From the NCBI GenBank assembly GCA_020891255.1, contig BQFW01000001.1:1922001-1986000 (forward strand): 64,000 nt of DNA, read 5' to 3'. Within the stretch, counting starts at the first letter, position 1. Each line of letters begins with the position of its first letter. This DNA comes from Entomortierella parvispora E1425 (lineage: Eukaryota; Fungi; Mortierellomycota). The position numbers and the translations under genes are program-made. The notes under the pieces are model-generated. The model searched no databases and was not told where the DNA came from. It was given only the letters and a program-made list of their open reading frames with translations. Below are positions 53,701 to 64,000 of this stretch, one piece after another.

Positions 53701-54408
53701 GCCTGCCGCGAAAAAGAGCCCTCCTCAATTGTGACTTTTTACAATCCTCTGCACATTCCCCCACCCCTTCGCCATTGCGCACATACAGCAATCTCCACCC
53801 CACACTCGGGCTATTTTTTCTTTTTTTTTTTTTGGTCTGCACAAAGTGTGCGTGCGTTTGTTGGTGCTGCAAGACCACTCTGTCGGCATGCTTTCATCGT
53901 GCAGATGGTGGGCTCGTCTATCCTTAAATGGCAATCATTCAGGGGCGATGCAAAAAGGCTCAACTTTGCGTTGCTGTCGCATTGTTGTTGATATGGCTAC
54001 TGTGACTTGCGAGGCCAGCGTTTGGCAATGTTCGACCTCGATTCAGGACAAGGGACTTGGATCGTGTCCCAACTTGCGTCAAAGAGACAAAACGATCTAG
54101 AGAGAGACAAGAAAAAACACTGACTCTCTTGGTTGAGCAGTCAGTCATCTATCTCTATTGCCCTTCAACAACTAGCTTTCTTGGTTGCTTGTAAGAGAGA
54201 CTACATCACCTGCCTGGTCACTCTATTTTCATACTTTTTTAGCCCCTGAAATTGTAGACGGATGTGGTAGCCCTTCATCATACGCAAAGTTCTTGGCCTC
54301 ATTTTTTTTTTTTTTTTTTTTTTGATCCACAAAATATTGTCTGCTGATTTTGGGGGGGGGGGGAATGGTTACAACACTGCAGCGGCCACAGCCATGGTTA
54401 CTCAAGAC

Positions 54409-54409
<1 letters not shown>

Positions 54410-54460
<51 letters not shown>
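54410..54460. repeat. (TG)n microsatellite
   Basis: Direct dinucleotide run of ~25 units. Confidence 0.9.
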
Positions 54461-54463
<3 letters not shown>

Positions 54464-57400
54464 TTTCTTCGAGACACAAAAACAATGGGGGATAAGGAAG
54501 GTATCTGAACCCAGAGGGACAGAGAGCGAGAAAGAATGGGACCCAGTGACCTGGATTTTTTTATTTTGGTTGCGTCTTTGTTTTGTCAGCAATTGAGGCA
54601 TGACCCCACTGTGCCATTCCCTGCCCTGCCCTGCCCCTGCCCTTGCCCTTGCCTTTTCCTCCAGGAACAACAATAGATAGCTTCCAAACAAAAATAATAA
54701 CCAACTAAAACAACAACCTGAAATATTCGCCGTGGAACGTTGTCTCTCCATCCTGCTCAATTGGCGATCTGGCAAAAGAAAATTTTCCTCTACTCCCACA
54801 GCGCATACATATGTTTGTGTTCGTGCAGAACCTGGGAGGGGGCAACAAGGCACATAAAGGAAAATGTCTCGCGTCTTTTTTTTTGTATGTGGGTGCTTTG
54901 TTCAGCAAACGAGGCGATCACTACCTCTTTGGTTTTTGGTAACCGTAGTAGTTTTGTCTAGGTCGATTATGTTCTCTCTTTCTCCCCGTCCTGTCTATCT
55001 CGTCTGTCTCGTTTGTTTGTTGAACTCGAGTCCTCTTCCTCTTTGTTCATTGTTTGCGCAGACCGGAGGGCTGTACAAGGTTTTTTTTCAAGGAACGCGC
55101 AGACTGATACATTTTGTCAAGATGACGGAAGGCAAAGAGCTGACCGAAACAAAAGGGCAAGGGCCCGGAGCTACGTGTCTCGAGACCGTTCAATTGACTC
55201 AAAAGAAGAAAACGGGATGGGGACGCGTCAACTCACCCACGATCGGCCACGGGAACTTTCTTCGTCTTTTCTCATTTGTACCAGCCGATGACCATAGACA
55301 AACGCAGAGCCGAGATCCCTTCCACTTTGTACGCCTCAGCAGCCCGACCGGGGAGGCATGCCCTTCTTCAATGCGAAGCGGTGCCAAAAAGGGCAAGGCA
55401 AAGGTTCTTGTTTGCATGGTTGATTCCTATATGCAAGATGACAGCGAACAAGAACACAACCTCGATCCACACTTTTTTTTTGTTCGTCTCCACCTCTGCA
55501 TCACTAACGGAGTCGACGCCCTTTCCTGCAATTGCGAAATTGGAAGAGAAAGTTGCAAGAAAGTCATGACCTGGCGCACAAAGACCACAAGGCATAAAAT
55601 AGTCATGACCCATCTCTTTGCGTCGGAGATGGCTACGGTTTTTCCAGCAAAGATCGGACGGACCCATTTGATGCTGCAGCAGAGGTTTACAAGTGCCGCA
55701 CATCCGGGGGCCGCTGACCTCAGGAAAAAAGAACAAAGAATTCAACTCGACTGATTTTGCCCATATTGTTACATTCCTTGCGGAGGCAAACAGACGCCGC
55801 ACGACCACCATCCAGAATCAGGCCACTGACTGGCATTCCTTTCACTTTCCGCTATTTCGCCCAACAACAAAAGATACAACTGCCCGAGGAAAGAAAAAAA
55901 AAATATCAATCGAGAACCGCGTGAGGACAAGAGATACAGAAACGAACACAGACAGGGCTTGGGCCTTTTGTAAGCCGCATGGTTCACAAAATGGCAGCGA
56001 GCGTCAGCAGGCTTGAAAAAAAGTGTGAGGATGATTTGGAAAGACACGAGGACTACCAGACTAGATCGAAAACTTGAACCCGTCTCCTTCCCCCCCCTTC
56101 CTCTCGCTAGTCTTGCCGGGTCGGTGACACTGTAAATCGGACCATTCAGAGCTCAATGGGTTCTCGTCTGGTGATTTTTTTGGTCCTGGTTGCACAGGAT
56201 TCAACGTTATGAGCTAGTCGTGACGACGTCCCCTTTTCTTTACGTTGCCCGGCGTATCACCAGCTGGCGACAAAAAAGAAAAAGACCTTTTTTTTTTCAA
56301 CGCGGAAGCTCTCAGATCTGCCACTTCCCTCACCAAAGGATCAACGTGCATGCAGTTTGTAGCCCTTTGGTCCATGAGAGCCGTATTCTGAGTGTATGTA
56401 CCTGCATGCGGACTGGGGTTCGGTCAGATGCTCTTGTTTTTTTTTTTTCTTTTTTTTTGATGTTCCTGAAAGTTCAATTGAAAGAGGAAAGGAAAAAAAA
56501 GGGCCGCCCGACCCTCTTTTAGACGTGGTCGTACAGATCTGCTTCAATTGAACAAGGACAAAAAAAAATAACGTGCTACAGTGCAAAGTCGAGAAGAATA
56601 GCCCGAGGTCACTTGTTCCATCGACGGCGATAAAAGACTGCGTAAAAATAGTACTTCGTATTCGCCACCGTTGAGGTGGCCTCGGTCGCTGTTCTTGTTG
56701 TTGTTTTGTTGTTGCTCTCGCCGTTGTTGATGTCGCCATTCGTTTGTTCTCCGCTCTCCTACAACATTCTTGTGTTGTACATGTACATCCGCCAAGGCTT
56801 CAAAAGAAAAGTCCTTGAAGTTGCTCCTGATCAACGATACATTGTGCATTGGTTGTGTCATCATGATCAAACCTCTGGCGGAGAAAAAAAACTGAACCCA
56901 TGTCGATGTATTCCAGGCACAAAATGCAAAACAACAGCAGATCGCAACCAACATAGTTCGCGCTGTTTTACCTCATGATCAGCTTGGCCAGGCTCTCCGC
57001 CCTTTACCCCCACCGAATCGCAGTTTGAGCTTCGCCCATCTCCCTCCCCCTCTCTCTTTTTTTTTTTTTTTTTTTTTGCTCCAAACCTTCTCCACAAAAA
57101 CACAACTGCAAGTCCCAAGCGTAAAAAGTCAGGTGCCCCGGTCTGCAAGAAGCCATGTTAGCATCGTAAATACCAGTTCCTCCTCAGCTAGAGTCAGGTT
57201 GTTACATAATCCCTTCGTGGCACGAGCGCATGCCTGGTCCACACAGATCCAGCGAGAGCAACATCGGAAAATAAAATAAAATGGCCTTACAAGCAAGGAT
57301 GGGAAGGAAGGGTGTCATGCTTGTTCTTTCAATCTATTTTGTTTGTTCCTCCACTGACGCGCTAAGGATCGAATCTACTTCTCCGCGAATCCCTGTGCGC

Positions 57401-57861
57401 AAAAGGAAATCTCTTTTCTCTGCTCGACTGCCTGCTCTGAGGAGGCAACGTTGACCACATCCCCAAAGCAGTAGATGGGCTTTGACTCTCTGCTTTGCGT
57501 TGAGCGCACACCCTTGAAGTGAATGTAATGCGAAGTCTATCGTATGTCTCTGTGAGGACATTCGAGATGAACAGCGGAACAGCCCTCCCAATGTAATTGC
57601 TCGCGTGATGCTGCATTGGTCACTTCAATTCCGATACACTGGCGTTCCCCTGCACTATGACATATTGGCAAAAACGAATAAAAGATAATTTCCCTCTCTT
57701 TGTTCTTTGGCTATATTCACTGTTGAATAGCGATCGGCCTGGGCATGTCGATCTCCACCTAAGCGCTTCAGCCCACCTTTCAGATTTCCATTTCTTCTTT
57801 TCATCGCCGGCATTGAATCAACACTCTTTGCTAAAAGTGAATAACGGTTTATTAATAGGTT

Positions 57862-59158
57862 TTAAAAGTCTTCTGCGGATCGCCTTGCTAGTCGCTGTAC
57901 TTTCTTCTTGAATGCAGGATAGTTTTCCCTCAGTTCCTTCTAAAGTTGGACATTCTGTTAGTTTTGAGCTCTAACTCCTCCACCCCTTCCCTTACCCACG
58001 CGTGACGCAACAACTTACAGCAGCTTCGAGATTTGCCGGACTCTCATCGTTCGGACTTGACAGCATGGAAATCACGCTCACCAGGATGGTCTCCACAGTA
58101 TGGACTGGCGACCATCGCTCACTGGCTTGTTCGTAGCCATAAGTGTCCTCGCCAGGCGGGTGCTATGAACAAACGGGAGGTATTAATACTGTAGCTCTGG
58201 CAAATCTTTTTTCAATATGAGAGCCAAGTGGAAGTAGATACGTTACTAGGATAGAGATGCAGACCTCGCCAGATGGATAGACTGTTGACAACAGATCACC
58301 GGGAAACAGAAAAAAAAATTAGTGGCGGCGCCACCAAATTGACTTTTTTTGGGCTCGGAACTTACCATTGGGATGATACATCTCAGAAGTGAATCGCATT
58401 TTCGGTGGTAGAAGGGGATATTCCAGAGGGAAAGTCAGCAGAGCTTTGAAGAAGCCGCCTTCGCTATAGTGCAAAATAGCAGAGTAATGAGCAATTGAAC
58501 ATTTCGAATAAACAGCGGTCTTTGACCAAGGTGGTGGTACGGTTGATTCAAAATGATTAAGTGGCAGGGCAGGCAGCTGCGGCAAGACGTTGGGACCGGT
58601 GCATTGCTCCCAGCCCGGCTACCTTCTCTCGTACTGCCCAGGTCGAAGATTGGATGCATTCCTGAGGTGTTCTTCTTTCGTGAACTCAAGCATGAGACTT
58701 TTGCTTGAATCGTAGAAAGAGAGTAGAAGTTCTCCTGTGTCCTGTTTTATCGCTTCCTGTCATGTCGTCAGTATTGCTATAACTGACATTGAGTCCAAGC
58801 TGCAGAATGGGTCTTACTAGAGTGTGTCCTGGGGTCCCACAATGACGATCTCCCACTATAGACAGAAAGGGCAAATTATATCAGCCCTTGTCACACACGA
58901 AGAAGCGAAAAGTTGATGTCAATTTGTTACCAAGAAAATATTCTCGTCGTCTACAAGGCCAGCCGAGAACCCATCGACAGGGTTTTGTGTGAGCTCTAAA
59001 GGAAGATGAAGGCAACTCGGTGAGTTGACATTCCAAGAGAAACAAGTGGATGTGAAGAGTATGGAAAATCCGGACGTTCAGTTTTAGTGGCGTCTTCTCC
59101 ACGAAGGAGAGGTACCTCTTAACTGTTTCTTGAGGAGAAGGACAGATTGTTCACTCAT
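57862..59158 (-). CDS. E2 ubiquitin-conjugating enzyme, UBE2G/Ubc7 class, multi-exon
   Basis: [14 protein letters not shown]|[19 protein letters not shown]|[13 protein letters not shown]|[21 protein letters not shown]|..GEVCISI|[28 protein letters not shown] (acidic loop insertion); stop 57862-57864. Confidence 0.92.
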
Positions 59159-59887
59159 GATAATGACAAGGTTGGAAGGCCTATCGATTGAAGTCAGTTG
59201 CAACTTGAATACTGGAGGTATGTTCACCGATGAAAAGCGAATTGAACGTGGGAGGAAGGAAGAGCAAAAAAAAGCGCGCACCAGAAACTTTTTTTTTTTT
59301 TCTTGAGGCACTGCCTCCCGCCGCAGCACCAGCAAGAGCGTCCAACGACACAAAAAGTCTTTCCCCCTCCTCCTCCCCACGCATAAAACGACTAGTCTTG
59401 TGTGCCTTTGTGTGCGGATGTGCAGTTCGCCGACTGGTCCTTGAAACTAACACGAACCCCAAGGGAATTGACTTATTGTCCTTGAGCACGTTGCCCTGAT
59501 CCAACTCTGTCTAGCTCTGTACCTACAACCGCACAAGTCCACCAAGGCCTAACCGGTTAATAAAGGGCAGATCCTTCGACCATAAAGGAACGTGAAGAGT
59601 GTTATGGTAGGGTCGATGTAGAAGGAAGAGTGGAGTGAAGGCTGGTTGAGCTTGCGACACCCTTAAGAAACACGAACGGTCCACGTCACCCCAAGGTCAG
59701 TGACTGCTGTGGCCTCGTAAGAGACATCCGCGTCTTCATGCATGCATGCGCAACCCACGTCGACGACTCTTTCCCTCACGCACAATAGCTCACTACTCCC
59801 TCGTATCTCTCCAAGGATTTCGCTCTTGCTTTTCCACTCGCAACTACATCCGACCACAACTGACCACACCACAAAGCAAGGATAGAC

Positions 59888-61028
59888 ATGTTTTCAACCT
59901 ACCCAGGACAGGTCGTCGTCGACCACCCCGTCAGCGTGCCCATCGAACATCGATTTGATCCCTACGTCGACAATGGCGGGTGAGTGCATGCTCCATGACC
60001 TCATTCATGACTTCACGAACAATCAATTGGCTCCTGGGAGCATGTTGCATCATCATCGTGGGGAAATGCGCTAAAGAAATGGCCCGAAACTTGGATATTT
60101 ACTGACGCGTCACTGTTTTATATTGGAAATGATAGTACGCTCTTGTCAATTGCTGGAGAGGACTTTTGCATTGTTGCCGCGGACACACGTCAGAGCGAGG
60201 GATACTCGATCAACTCTCGCTATGTCCCTAAATCAGTTAAGCTGTAAAGGATCTTTGACCCATATACTGTGCATGTGGTATTTTTTTAGTGATCTAGTCA
60301 ATGAATTAACACTATCGCTACCTGATGTCAAATAGGTCTGACAAGACTGTCATCTCGATGGGAGGATGCTACGCTGACTGCTTGACTCTTACAAAGAAGA
60401 TCCAACAGAGCATGGAGGTAAAGAAAAACCTTCGTCAGGTTTGATACAGTGATTGATACAGGAACATGGCGCTAATACCTGACTCGGAATTTTGCCATCT
60501 CGTTGCATCGATAGTGGTACCATCACGCTCATGGAAAGACGATGTCGACAGCAGCTGTGGCACAGATGCTTTCGATCATGTTGTACCAGAAGCGCTTTTT
60601 CCCATTCTACAGCTGGTGCATTCTTGGAGGATTGGACGAGGAAGGCAAGGGAGCTGTGTACACGTATGATCCCGTAGGATCCTACGAGCGCGAATCCTGC
60701 AGATGCGCCGGATCCGCTTCTTCACTTATTCAGCCATTCTTGGACAACCAGGTATGCAACGTACCCTCGTTCGTATGTGAAGTAGGAAGGGCTTACCAAT
60801 ATGGGTTTTAACATCTTCCCTTCAAAACTTTGCAAATATCTCTAGATCAACTTCAAGAACCAAGAATCACAGAGAAAGCAATTGACGAAGGATCAGGTGA
60901 TTAGAATTACAAAGGACTCGTTTACCTCGGCAACGGAGCGTGATATCTACACTGGCGACTATCTGGAGATCTTTGTCATCACCAGCAAAGGAGTGGAAGT
61001 CCAGAAGATGGACTTGAAGAAGGATTAA
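59888..61028 (+). CDS. PRE7: 20S proteasome subunit beta6 (Pre7/PSMB1), multi-exon
   Basis: [12 protein letters not shown]|[81 protein letters not shown]. Confidence 0.95.
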
Positions 61029-61380
61029 GCCACCAGGGAGGAACGAAGATGGAGATACTTCAGACCAATCAAATAAAACCTGTATGTATACAGATAGTAG
61101 CAGATTATATCCCCAACCGTCGGTAGGCTGTGGCAATCGCGGCCCTCTTCGTCCTGAACTCATTTCCAATCCAAAAGATGCCATCGAGAGCCCCTGACCT
61201 GTTTCTGCTCACAAAGCGAAACACGGCCCAAATTTCTAAGAGTTTTGGTGGCTTGGCTTTTAAGGTTCCCCACAAGCCGGCTTGGAAATCGCGCCTTGAG
61301 ACAGAAACACAAAGAGAAATCAAGATTCCATGGGCACTGGCGGTGTGTGCACGGTACCTTTTGACAAGACCTCTCCATGG

Positions 61381-61388
61381 TATAAATA
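61381..61388 (+). promoter_or_regulatory. TATA box of the first LUD-domain gene
   Basis: tataaata ~104 bp upstream of ATG 61485. Confidence 0.55.
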
Positions 61389-61484
61389 TCGGCCTTCTCC
61401 CCCAGCTTATTTTTTTTTTTTGCTCTATTCCTCATTCACCCCTCAACTCTCCCACCTTTCCCTCCAGAAAAACCAAAGATCACA

Positions 61485-62204
61485 ATGTCTGCCCCTGCCT
61501 ACCCCGAGAACACCAACATTAAGCACACCTACGAGGCCATCATCAAGTCTGATGCCCAGTTGGTTGCAGGTAACTTCGAAGGCCACAAGTACTCCAAGCC
61601 CGCCTCTCCTGAGCGCATTGCGGCCGCCAAGGCTGGTTTGGAGGCCAACGGATTCAAGGTCCACATCGCCAACGGAAAGGGTGAGGCTTTCGCCACCTTG
61701 AAGAGCTTGATCCCCGCCGGCGCCTCCCTCAACAACGCTCACTCGACCTCGTTGGAGGAAATTGGATTCATCACCTACCTCAAGGGCGAGACCCCCTGGA
61801 ACAACGTTCACGCCACTCTCTTGGCCGAGAAGGATCCTGCCAAGCAGGGCGAGCTTCGCCGCACCATTGGATCGACTGTTGATTACTACTTGACCTCCCT
61901 CGCTGCCGTTACCGAGGACGGTCTCCTTGTTCACGGTGACTGGTCTGGCTCCAAGGTCGGAGGTGTTGCCTTCGGGGCTGCCAACGTCATTGTCCTCGTC
62001 GGATCTAACAAGATTGTCAAGGACGAGGCCGAGGCTCGTGCTCGCGCCTTTGATTTCACCTTGAAGGTCGAGAGTGCCCGCGTCCGTGATGTCTATGGTG
62101 CTCCCAACTCTGAGTTTGCCAACTTCGAGGTCATCCGCAAGGTCAACCCCTTCAACCCCAACCGCATCCAGGTTGTCATTGTCAACGATGCCCTTGGATA
62201 CTAA
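61485..62204 (+). CDS. LUD-domain (YkgG/LutC-like, DUF162/DUF1121-type) protein, intronless, 239 aa
   Basis: LEANGFKVHI..LIPAGASLNNAHSTSLEEIG..YLTSLAAVTEDG..G.SGSKV..AFGAANVIVLVGSNKIVKD..RIQVVIVNDALGY; strong C-ending codon bias. Confidence 0.8.
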   Translation: MSAPAYPENTNIKHTYEAIIKSDAQLVAGNFEGHKYSKPASPERIAAAKAGLEANGFKVHIANGKGEAFATLKSLIPAGASLNNAHSTSLEEIGFITYLKGETPWNNVHATLLAEKDPAKQGELRRTIGSTVDYYLTSLAAVTEDGLLVHGDWSGSKVGGVAFGAANVIVLVGSNKIVKDEAEARARAFDFTLKVESARVRDVYGAPNSEFANFEVIRKVNPFNPNRIQVVIVNDALGY

Positions 62205-62976
62205 ATATTCACGCGCGCGCGCACACACACTCAAAAAAGATAGACATGTTCTCCGTTTCAACTTGTACACAAAACCCACCAATGATCGGAGGTGCGCGTT
62301 TTTTTTACCCATGCAGCAACAATAAAAAAGTACCTGTTTCCTTGTATCTTGATGTTTGGCACAGCAATTGAGCAAATGTGGGAGAGTTGTTGGTCAGGAT
62401 GAAAGCGAAGATAGAATGCGGAGCTCTTGATCTACACGAACCCCTCCTGTGGATCGTGAGTCTCCTCACTGGATTAGACACAAACGGTGTTTCCACACGC
62501 AGCAGAACGATGCAGGACGAATGGTGTCCGTTGATTTTAATAAATACACCTGCATGCCTGATGCTGAGGGTAAAAAATGATTATGATGAATCACAATCGG
62601 CTTATTTTCACGAAGGGCTTATGTCCAAGGCTGCCCATTGAACGAGATCTTGGCTCCTCCCCAAGTTCCTTCCTCTCGACCGTGATGAATAATTGGCCCG
62701 GTACAAGCCACCGCCACCACAAATTAGGTTTCGCCTGACATAAATGAGAAGAATGCGAGACGAAACAGGCTGACAATTGCATGAAAATCCAGGTGGGTTC
62801 ACATCGGGATACAGGCAACTATAACGGATGACTGACAACCTTGACAGATCTGGACCGATGATCAAAGTGCCACACCGTCAGCTATAAAAGCAATCTATTC
62901 TTGACCACCCCGCATTCATTTTTGTTCTCTTTTATTCCTTCTTCTCCAATTGCACCCATCACCATCCTCATCAGTC

Positions 62977-63923
62977 ATGAATATGAATTTTGTACGCGCT
63001 CAGGCCAACACGATCGTCAGCCGATCCATTGTCCGCTCATCCCTGGCCCACCATCGCCCAGCCGCTGCAGTGTCTACTGTGGGAACATGGCGTCAGAACT
63101 TTTCGACTTCTTCCAACGCCAAGAATATCCCCAAGAGCACCTTTGGCGATGTGACCTTTGCCAGCTTGGCAGAGAATGACGAACAGCTGAAGCCTCTCAA
63201 GGATTCCCACTACCTCAAACCCGCCAGCGATGCCACGATAGCAAAGACGAAGGCGGCTTTGGAAAAGCGAGGTTTCAAGGTTCATATCGTCAAGGACAAA
63301 GCAGAGGCTTTTGAAAAGGTCAAATCCTTGATCCCAGCAGTAGGTGTTCTTGCCCGTTTTACTTTTGTTCTTTAGAAAAGTGCACCACATAGCGCGTCTC
63401 TCTCTGACCAATATTTATGTTTACTTTACAGGGTGCATCGTTGAACACGGCCCACTCCACCACTTTGGAAGAGATCTCATTTGTAAACTACTTGATTGAT
63501 GGCAAGCATCCCTGGAACAACCTCAAAGGCGTTATCATGGCCGAGAAGGACAAGGCAAAGCAGGCGATTCTCCGTCGAACTCTTGGAACAACGCCCGATG
63601 TGTTCTTGACTTCCATGTGTGCGATTACTGAGAATGGAGAGCTAGCCCATGGTGACAACTCGGGCACCAAAGTCGGAGGTGTCAGTTATGGTGCAGGCAA
63701 GGTCATTGTCGTGGCTGGATCCAACAAGATTGTCAAGAATGAGGAGGAGGCATGGAAGCGTGTTACCGACTTTTGCTTACCGGCCGTGAGCGCGTATGGC
63801 CGCAAGATCTTCAAACAGCCAGAGACCTTCATCACCAACTACCAGGTACTTCGTCAAGCAAACCCTATTGAGGCGCCAGATCGTCTGGAGGTTGTCCTGG
63901 TAAAAGAATCTCTTGGGTTCTAG
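62977..63923 (+). CDS. Second LUD-domain paralog with predicted mitochondrial presequence; one intron (63340-63431)
   Basis: MNMNFVRAQANTIVSRSIVRSSLAHHRPAAAVSTVGTWRQNFSTSS (Arg/Ser/Ala-rich, no acidic residues), then a domain colinear with 61485-62204; ends LVKESLGF*. Confidence 0.8.
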
Positions 63924-64000
63924 AAGTGTAGAGTTCAGATGTATAGTACAGTAGATAGAATAGTTTTAGCATGTCCTTCCAAAGTTCAGAAATGGTTCAT

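Noticed and set aside
54864-55754. 296-aa plus-strand ORF in the gene desert
   Set aside because: Non-ATG start, no recognisable domain, composition like translated intergenic DNA
58474-58817. Unusually long (~345 nt) intron in the E2 gene as a possible snoRNA host
   Set aside because: No C box (RTGATGA)/D box pair or convincing H/ACA layout seen; would need snoscan/Infernal
61443-62375. 310-aa antisense ORF over the first LUD gene, and similar antisense ORFs over MCM7, ATM1 and NFX1
   Set aside because: Shadow frames produced by strong codon bias of the sense gene

Overview
Eukaryotic, intron-rich fungal genomic DNA (~50% GC, ~60-110 nt GT-AG introns, many homopolymers and microsatellites). 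It is most consistent with an early-diverging Mucoromycota/Mortierellaceae-type fungus, which is an inference. Host genes in order: MCM7 (3' part), Ypk1/Gad8 kinase, a Shewanella-like metallophosphatase, DCP2, a tail-anchored SAM-like protein, ATM1, TAP42, NFX1/FAP1, proteasome beta4, a GCR1_C-domain protein, a GNAT, a DHHC palmitoyltransferase, an orphan polyQ protein, a secreted protein, an Msn2/4-type zinc finger, a UBE2G/Ubc7-type E2, proteasome beta6, and two tandem LUD-domain genes. The main accessory region (~8.2-18.3 kb) is an island of four DNA-transposon types. (1) A spliced Crypton tyrosine recombinase with a GCR1_C tail. (2) An IS630-Tc1-mariner element with DD86E spacing (Sailor-like). 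(3) A Tc1 transposase pseudogene. (4) A two-gene PIF/Harbinger-type element with 18-bp TIRs and an AAT target duplication; removing it in silico restores the Tc1 start (ATG CCA CCC CCA TTG TCA). Other highlights: a probable Crypton-derived host gene lacking the recombinase core (34.8-36.3 kb), a bacterial-type LUD paralog pair that appears split into cytosolic and mitochondrial versions, two adjacent fold-back structures (43.0-43.6 kb), and a ~10 kb gene-free stretch upstream of the Msn2/4-like gene. Exon boundaries were placed by eye, and no database searches were run.
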